Virus record (IMG/VR): IMGVR_UViG_3300032236_001850
Span: 248,001-312,000 of that record
Length of the DNA: 64,000 nucleotides
Direction: 5' to 3' (one strand)
The notes under the pieces are model-generated. The model did not search any database. It had not been told where the DNA came from and saw nothing but the letters and a program-made list of their open reading frames with translations. Every line of letters starts with the position of its first letter. Within the stretch, counting starts at the first letter, position 1. Below are positions 58,194 through 64,000 of the stretch, in pieces. Position numbers and translations under genes: made by a program.

Positions 58194-59600
58194 ATGTGTG
58201 GTATCATATTAACTACCGGAGCTAAGACAAATCCTGAAATATTAGATTCCATAAAACATAGAGGTATAGAGAGTCATAGTGAGTCTTTTGGAAATGTAAC
58301 TTTATGTCACCATAGGCTTCCAATTCAAACCTTGGATGGTGATGATTGGGGTCAACCGATTAATGTCTCTAAAGACATCTATATGATGTTTAACGGTGAG
58401 ATATTCAATTACGATCAAAAACAATTCTCCTCAGATACCGAATATCTTTGTAATTTGTTTTCCAAACTTGATGGTACCAATCTTGAATTTTTTGCTGCGA
58501 TGTATATTCCACATATTTGTACATGGGATGGTTTCTGGTCGATAGTTCTATATAGTACTGTAACTGGTCAAGTGATAGCATTTACAGATCCACTTGGAAA
58601 GAAATGTCTTTATAAGAATGAGCTTGGTGAAGTTTGCTCGGAGATAAAAGGTTTATACACTAGCAATTCTAAAATGGATGAGAAATTCATAAGCACTGTC
58701 AGAAAGTTTGGTTATAATACAGATAATAGAACTGCTTACACCAACATAAAAAGATTGCTACCAAACACGATATATTCATGGAATATGGGATCTCCGATGT
58801 TCGAACAAACCTATAACGAGTATTATAGAATATGGGATACACCAATACCTGAACTGGTTGGGGAGGATTATGAAACACATAAGGATTGGCTATGGGATAG
58901 GATGTTTGAGAGCGTTAACAATAGATTGGTATCCAGAAACTATCCTATATCAATATTGGTTTCTGGTGGACTGGATTCTGCTATAATCGCAGCAATTCTA
59001 AAGGAATTAAATGCTGATGTTAAATGGTTCAGCATAGAGAATGGAGAAACCCCCTTTGTTAATGATTTAGAAGCTCATTTAGGCACTTCTACAAATTTTC
59101 TAGGATATGATATGGATCCGGAAAAAAATGCTCTTATATACGCCCAATGGAATGAATCTCCAATAGATCTAGGATCCGTGATTCCACAATTCCATCTCTT
59201 TGAAACTATCAGAAAAAATACCGACTATAGAATAGTTTTAAGCGGTGATGGTTCTGATGAGTTATTCGGCGGGTACTCACGCATACACGAGTACGACTCT
59301 CAGAAATCTGACATCTTTCAAGAATTAAGTTTTTATCATTTACCTAGACTTGATAAAATGTCCATGGCCCACACCCTTGAATTGAGATCACCATTCCTAA
59401 ATAATGATATAGTGAGATTTGCGATGCATCTTCCACTGGAATGGAGAACTGATAAAAAAATACTTAAGGACACCTTTGGTCCTATGCTTCCCGATTCCGT
59501 TGTCAATAGAAAAAAAGAAGCTCTAAAAAATCCTGAAATAAAGGAGGATAAATTAGCCTACAGACAGAAGGCCGTTGATCTTTTTCTTTCTAAAGCATAG
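58194..59600 (+). CDS. asnB: Asparagine synthetase B-like glutamine amidotransferase
   Basis: N-terminal MCGI, HRL.I, NGEIFN, SDTE, SGGLDS, SGDGSDELFGGY, RSPFL. Confidence 0.88.
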   Translation: MCGIILTTGAKTNPEILDSIKHRGIESHSESFGNVTLCHHRLPIQTLDGDDWGQPINVSKDIYMMFNGEIFNYDQKQFSSDTEYLCNLFSKLDGTNLEFFAAMYIPHICTWDGFWSIVLYSTVTGQVIAFTDPLGKKCLYKNELGEVCSEIKGLYTSNSKMDEKFISTVRKFGYNTDNRTAYTNIKRLLPNTIYSWNMGSPMFEQTYNEYYRIWDTPIPELVGEDYETHKDWLWDRMFESVNNRLVSRNYPISILVSGGLDSAIIAAILKELNADVKWFSIENGETPFVNDLEAHLGTSTNFLGYDMDPEKNALIYAQWNESPIDLGSVIPQFHLFETIRKNTDYRIVLSGDGSDELFGGYSRIHEYDSQKSDIFQELSFYHLPRLDKMSMAHTLELRSPFLNNDIVRFAMHLPLEWRTDKKILKDTFGPMLPDSVVNRKKEALKNPEIKEDKLAYRQKAVDLFLSKA

Positions 59601-59624
59601 TCTTTATTAATCTGAATCTTCTTG

Positions 59625-59632
59625 GATATATA
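59625..59632 (+). promoter_or_regulatory. Putative late promoter GATATATA
   Basis: About 20 nt upstream of ATG 59652. Confidence 0.6.
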
Positions 59633-59651
59633 CATAAATAAAAATCTAAGA

Positions 59652-60302
59652 ATGACAAGAATAGTTAAGGATTTTGATTCTTTCTACAATGAAGAACCAA
59701 TTCATGAAGACTTTGATATAATGGGATTACTTGGTAAAACCATTGGATATTTAGGTGATGGTTTTATTGACACAATAAAGCAGAAATTTGCAGCTATGTT
59801 GATGGAAAAACTTGGAATAAGAGAAAAATCCATAGCTTCTGAGTTTGTGCAACAGGTTGTTTCGAGTATAGACATGAAAGAATGGCCAGGTATACTTAGT
59901 GGAGAAAACGACAATAAGAAATTCTTTATACCTAAAATTGCAGAAGCGATACAATACACATTAGAAAGAAAGGGATTTGAAGGGATTGCAAATTCTATTG
60001 GTCTTGAATCCGAGGGATTGATAATGAGAACTTTAATAAATACGATACAGAATAAAGCAACAGGTAAAGCTAAAATAGAAAAATTTCTTTTTGATCTTTT
60101 TGGTGACGAGAATGTTGGTGGAAATATCATATCCTCTCTAGATAGCAAAGATAAACAACAATTTAGTGATGCTCTTTCTAAAGCAGCAAGTAAAAAAGTA
60201 AATTACAAACCAGGATCTTCTAATTCTGATGGTGGTGAATCGTTTATTGGTAATATAATGGGAGGTTTACTAGGCGGTAGCAAAGGAATAGCAACAGCAT
60301 AA
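59652..60302 (+). CDS. Putative internal head protein (start 59652 preferred)
   Basis: MTRIVKDFDSFYNE|EPIHE. Confidence 0.6.
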   Translation: MTRIVKDFDSFYNEEPIHEDFDIMGLLGKTIGYLGDGFIDTIKQKFAAMLMEKLGIREKSIASEFVQQVVSSIDMKEWPGILSGENDNKKFFIPKIAEAIQYTLERKGFEGIANSIGLESEGLIMRTLINTIQNKATGKAKIEKFLFDLFGDENVGGNIISSLDSKDKQQFSDALSKAASKKVNYKPGSSNSDGGESFIGNIMGGLLGGSKGIATA

Positions 60303-60317
60303 AATAAAAGATAAGCA

Positions 60318-60653
60318 ATGAATCAAAAAGATGTAAGCAAAAGAGATATATTGGACTTTGAAAAGTTTTTGACAAAGGTTCATGATGACAAATATAAACC
60401 ATTTGCTCCTGTAAATCAAGAAGATAGGGAGGATGCTAATGGTTTATCCAAAATAAAAAGAGAGGCAAGATACGATTTTGTTGGCTATGCTGATGCAGTA
60501 TTTGGACATAATTCAAAAATAAATGTACCTGGATATAGAGTTGATGTCGGAGGTAAACCTGGTATGGCAGATGCTGGTGCATTTGGTACTGCTTTCAATA
60601 CAAGTGAATCTGAAAACAATGATAGCTTTATTAAGAAACTATCGGATTTCTAA
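60318..60653 (+). CDS. Hypothetical protein
   Basis: 111-aa ORF; contains ILDFEKF near N-terminus. Confidence 0.6.
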   Translation: MNQKDVSKRDILDFEKFLTKVHDDKYKPFAPVNQEDREDANGLSKIKREARYDFVGYADAVFGHNSKINVPGYRVDVGGKPGMADAGAFGTAFNTSESENNDSFIKKLSDF

Positions 60654-60667
60654 TCGAATGCAATTAT

Positions 60668-60699
60668 AAAAAAAAGAGAGCATCTGCTCTCTTTTTTTA
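60668..60699. terminator. Bidirectional terminator between convergent genes
   Basis: A-run GAGAGCA-tc-TGCTCTC T-run. Confidence 0.8.
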
Positions 60700-61422
60700 T
60701 GTGATTGTTTCTATAAATTTTTCTTTTGCTAGTTTGTAGATATCAGAATCTTCATCGAAATCCTCATATATTTCTATAACAAAAAGTTCAGGAGATACGT
60801 TTTTTTCTATTGAAAATTCTTCCAGAATCTCGTGGTATATGAATTCATAATTCATCGAGTATCTTGAATTTTTCAAATTTATCCTTTTTAGAACACATAT
60901 TTGTTTGTTACCGTGCTCAGTTTTCATTGTAACTGCACCTTGCCAGTAGTATGGTATGATTTTATCCGTTACCATGTTTCTTATGATGAGTATACCAGAA
61001 TTAGCTGGTTCCTTCTTCTCCGCATTGAATTTAGATTGAACCTTAAATATTTTGATCTTAGATTCCTCATCCTTTAGCATATCCAAAAATATTTCTGAAT
61101 ATTCATAGAGTGTTTCTAGGGATGATTCTATAATTGATTCGATGGTATCCCTTTTTTCTTTGCTTAGCTTTTTGAAATCGAAATTATTTATGTACTCTCT
61201 TTCCTCTTCGGTTAGCTGGGAAATTATAGTTTTTCCTATAGTGTTGTTTTTCTTAAATTCGTTAAGAGATTTAACTATCTTGGAAACAGCCCGTAATATT
61301 GGATAACAGTTTTTTGAATTTATATTTTTGCTTATAGATTTTAGGTAATCTAAAAGAACATATTCTTTATGTTCTGTGTCTATTGGTTCCTTAATAAACC
61401 AAATTGTGCTTAAATTTTTCAT
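60697..61422 (-). CDS. Hypothetical protein, the only credible minus-strand gene
   Basis: 241-aa ORF filling a gap with no + strand ORF; bidirectional terminator at its 3' end. Confidence 0.75.
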   Translation of the reverse strand: MKNLSTIWFIKEPIDTEHKEYVLLDYLKSISKNINSKNCYPILRAVSKIVKSLNEFKKNNTIGKTIISQLTEEEREYINNFDFKKLSKEKRDTIESIIESSLETLYEYSEIFLDMLKDEESKIKIFKVQSKFNAEKKEPANSGILIIRNMVTDKIIPYYWQGAVTMKTEHGNKQICVLKRINLKNSRYSMNYEFIYHEILEEFSIEKNVSPELFVIEIYEDFDEDSDIYKLAKEKFIETIT

Positions 61423-61449
61423 CTTTAACTTTTAAAAGTTGGATCCTAT

Positions 61450-61488
61450 TATATATTTACATTCTAATTTTTTCAAAATGGATATATA
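61450..61488. promoter_or_regulatory. Divergent late promoters
   Basis: AATATATA on the - strand (61450-61457) and GATATATA on the + strand (61481-61488). Confidence 0.5.
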
Positions 61489-61508
61489 CTTTAAAATATT
61501 TTCTAGAG

Positions 61509-61955
61509 ATGAAAAGAATCAACGAGGGAAGAATTTATGATTATTCTGCTTTTACCGATAGTAAAAAACCAACTAATAGCAATGATTATACATTTGGTAT
61601 AGAATTGGGATATACTGATATAGACATAACCAATAGGCCTGACGAATACGAGGACATATCCGATGCTAAGATATTTATAGATTACTCAGTAAATTTGATC
61701 ATTAAGAAAAGTGGAATAGATGCTATTGATATGGTTGTGAACTCAATGGAACTTGATTTTGAAGTTGATGATTATCCTAATGAAACTAAGGAATTTGATA
61801 TAGATCTAATACCTGGTAGAACTGTAGATTATAATCAGATAGAGATTGATAAGAACGATATACTTATACCAACCTATCCAAAATCTGTTCAAATTGATAT
61901 GAATAAATCAACGGAAGCTAAAAATTTTAAAATAAACGTGGTTTTTGGATCATAA
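61509..61955 (+). CDS. Hypothetical acidic protein (start 61509 preferred)
   Basis: MKRINE|GRIYDYSAF. Confidence 0.6.
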   Translation: MKRINEGRIYDYSAFTDSKKPTNSNDYTFGIELGYTDIDITNRPDEYEDISDAKIFIDYSVNLIIKKSGIDAIDMVVNSMELDFEVDDYPNETKEFDIDLIPGRTVDYNQIEIDKNDILIPTYPKSVQIDMNKSTEAKNFKINVVFGS

Positions 61956-61966
61956 TAAATAAAAAC

Positions 61967-62929
61967 ATGAGAATTTTAGACTTTAGAAATTTTATATTAA
62001 ACGAGGAGGCTTCTCCCATGTATGACGAGATACCAGAAGTAAAATCAATATCTGATGATGGATATGAGATAGAGGCAGAAAGATTTGATGATGAAAATCA
62101 GGATCCACCATTTGGTAAGGTGTTACTAACAAAGGATTCTCCTAAAAATGTTAGACTTTCCTTTCATAACTATAAAGGTAAAAAAATTAAGGATTTGTGG
62201 ATACCTAAGGATCATTGCCAGATTAAGGACGGTAAGGATGATTCGTGTTTGGTGACAATACCTGGTGATAGCAATTGGTTAAATTCTGATGAGAATAGAA
62301 ATAAACTTGAGGATTTTATAGAGGGATTATATAATAGTAAGATGAGGGATAAGCTTTATTCCGATGATATAATTGAAACCATAAAAAATGACGTGTATCA
62401 TATAATGGATATGATCGGTATACCTTGTGAGGTTGTAAGTGTTAATAAACTTGATGGTGATAACGAATATGAGGTTGTGTTGGATAATGATATTTCAATA
62501 GACGTTAATAAAAAATCAGCAAAAGAGCTTCTTGGAAATTTTAAGATGTACAAGAACAATAGAGAAACATCTCCTTCGGTTGAGATAAAAAGCAAGGGTG
62601 GAAAGCATAATTTTTATTTCTATAACGAAGATTTGCCAAATTTAGAGGATGAATCAGATTTAATAGACGTTAAGAAGAATCATAGATTATATTACTTGCT
62701 TAAAAAATCATTAGGTGTTGATAATAATGAGGATAGAGAAATTTTTTACAATCATTTTGAGGCGAAATCTAAAAATTTTAACAATGAGAATGGCGAAAAA
62801 CTAAATCCTGAAATGAAAAGAATGAGAATTGAGGACGGTAAAAAGTTAAAAGATCTTAAGAATATTGCAAGTACTTTTAAACCAGAGAATGAAATAATAA
62901 AAATATTTCCAAAAAACTTAGTAAATTAG
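61967..62929 (+). CDS. Hypothetical protein, capsid-targeting-like N-terminus
   Basis: MRILDFRNFILNE|EA. Confidence 0.65.
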   Translation: MRILDFRNFILNEEASPMYDEIPEVKSISDDGYEIEAERFDDENQDPPFGKVLLTKDSPKNVRLSFHNYKGKKIKDLWIPKDHCQIKDGKDDSCLVTIPGDSNWLNSDENRNKLEDFIEGLYNSKMRDKLYSDDIIETIKNDVYHIMDMIGIPCEVVSVNKLDGDNEYEVVLDNDISIDVNKKSAKELLGNFKMYKNNRETSPSVEIKSKGGKHNFYFYNEDLPNLEDESDLIDVKKNHRLYYLLKKSLGVDNNEDREIFYNHFEAKSKNFNNENGEKLNPEMKRMRIEDGKKLKDLKNIASTFKPENEIIKIFPKNLVN

Positions 62930-62939
62930 TAAAAATAAC

Positions 62940-62990
62940 GAAACAAAACTCCATTATGTAATCTACAATGTTTATGTAATGGAGTTTTTG
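62940..62990 (+). promoter_or_regulatory. Putative middle promoter GAAAC...ATCTACAA inside a terminator-like hairpin
   Basis: Arms AAAACTCCATTA (62945) and TAATGGAGTTTT (62977). Confidence 0.45.
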
Positions 62991-63031
62991 TATGTGAAGA
63001 ACTCGAAAAAGAAAAAAGAAACTCTAAAATA

Positions 63032-63688
63032 ATGATATCAGGTATTAAAAATCTTTTTTCCTCAAAAAATAAAAAACCTAAAAGAATGAATTTAGCTGAA
63101 ATTAAAACTATTGATGAAGTAAAAGCGCTTTATAACAATATGGAATTCCAATGGATCAAGGGTGATGATGTTGGTGCTATTGAATCTTATAAGAATGTGA
63201 CATCTGTTGGTGATGATTTTTTCCTTGAGTTTAACAGTGGCAAAAGAATGAATGTGAATCTTGTGGATGAGTTTCTGATGTACTATCCAGCCCCACCTAA
63301 ACAGGATCTTGGAATAAAAGCTGAATTTGTTGAGGTCTCTAAACCTTCAAGTGTTACGTCAATAATCTATAATGACACTCCGACTAGAAATGAATTCGAA
63401 GAATCACCGATATATAAGCTGTTAAAAAAGCAGAAAAAAAATTCTGTTGAGGTTGGAATAAAACTCAAATTAAACCTTCCATCAAAAGAACTCTATGGCG
63501 TTTTATCAAGTTCATTTGAAGATGCGGAGAAAGAAATAATAGATTTTGTTCTCTCTGGTGTTGATATAGATGATATTAAGGCATCACTTGCTGATTCGAT
63601 AAAAAGAACCTATTACGTTTCTGAAGATAAAAAGGAAACAGTGAAACCTGCTAGAGGTCAAGCAAATAAAAAAGAAACAAATGAGTAA
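63032..63688 (+). CDS. Hypothetical protein
   Basis: 218-aa ORF overlapping the next start. Confidence 0.65.
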   Translation: MISGIKNLFSSKNKKPKRMNLAEIKTIDEVKALYNNMEFQWIKGDDVGAIESYKNVTSVGDDFFLEFNSGKRMNVNLVDEFLMYYPAPPKQDLGIKAEFVEVSKPSSVTSIIYNDTPTRNEFEESPIYKLLKKQKKNSVEVGIKLKLNLPSKELYGVLSSSFEDAEKEIIDFVLSGVDIDDIKASLADSIKRTYYVSEDKKETVKPARGQANKKETNE

Positions 63689-64000
63689 AGAAAAAATATT
63701 ACTTGAAACCCCCAAATTTGATGTTGTAGAAAGAGGTGAAAAACCTGGTGTAGTTTCAAGAGTTGAGACTGTTATGATCCTCCCCTTTATAAGCGACGAT
63801 CAGGGGCTACCTTTAATGATTGGTGTTCTTAAAGAACAAAATCTTTTCAGAGATGGCGGAAATGCTCAAAGTCTAATAACAGGAACATGTGACGAGGAGG
63901 ATCCTGATTATTTAGCAACAGCAAAAAGGGAGCTTCTTGAGGAATCAGGCTATGATGTACCTGATAATAATAAGTGGTATTTTTTAGGTACAGTTTCCGG
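63681..64000 (+). CDS. Nudix hydrolase, 3' end outside window (not in ORF track)
   Basis: My translation: MSKEKILLETPKF...ITGTCDEEDPDYLATAKRELLEESGY (Nudix box). Confidence 0.8.
   Translation, partial: MSKEKILLETPKFDVVERGEKPGVVSRVETVMILPFISDDQGLPLMIGVLKEQNLFRDGGNAQSLITGTCDEEDPDYLATAKRELLEESGYDVPDNNKWYFLGTVS

Noticed and set aside
1-64000. Stop-codon reassignment as in Lak or some crAss-like phages
   Set aside because: Conserved genes are full length in code 11, and TAA, TAG and TGA all occur as ordinary gene ends
1-64000. tRNA, rRNA or riboswitch genes
   Set aside because: No intergenic gap shows a cloverleaf, T-loop GTTCGA or other recognisable RNA family by eye; a covariance-model scan would be needed to exclude them

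Overview
This is a 64 kb, AT-rich, densely coding segment, almost entirely on the + strand, from a very large T4-like myophage read in the standard genetic code. It holds the virion core: terminase gp16/gp17, neck gp14/gp15, sheath gp18, two tandem tail tubes, gp26/gp51-like chaperones, a tape-measure-like gene, gp4, two tandem portals, a prohead protease-scaffold fusion and major capsid gp23. Interleaved are replication and repair genes (UvsX, gp41, gp47/gp46, ligase, clamp loader, 5'-3' and 3'-5' nucleases), nucleotide enzymes, an ECF sigma and a minimal gp55-like late sigma. Host-type TAnnTTTG promoters and Shine-Dalgarno-less starts suggest a Bacteroidota host. Best leads: (1) about 14 otherwise unrelated ORFs share a T4 capsid-targeting-like N-terminus, including a Pol-beta-type nucleotidyltransferase and two peptidoglycan-binding proteins; (2) three promoter classes that fit a host sigma -> phage ECF sigma -> gp55 cascade; (3) duplicated portal and tube genes, the tubes sharing a 56-bp identical tract; (4) a candidate -1 frameshift at A-AAA-AAC-TAA; (5) a UvdE homologue that appears to have lost its metal ligands. 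Family calls come from motif recognition by eye, with no database searches.
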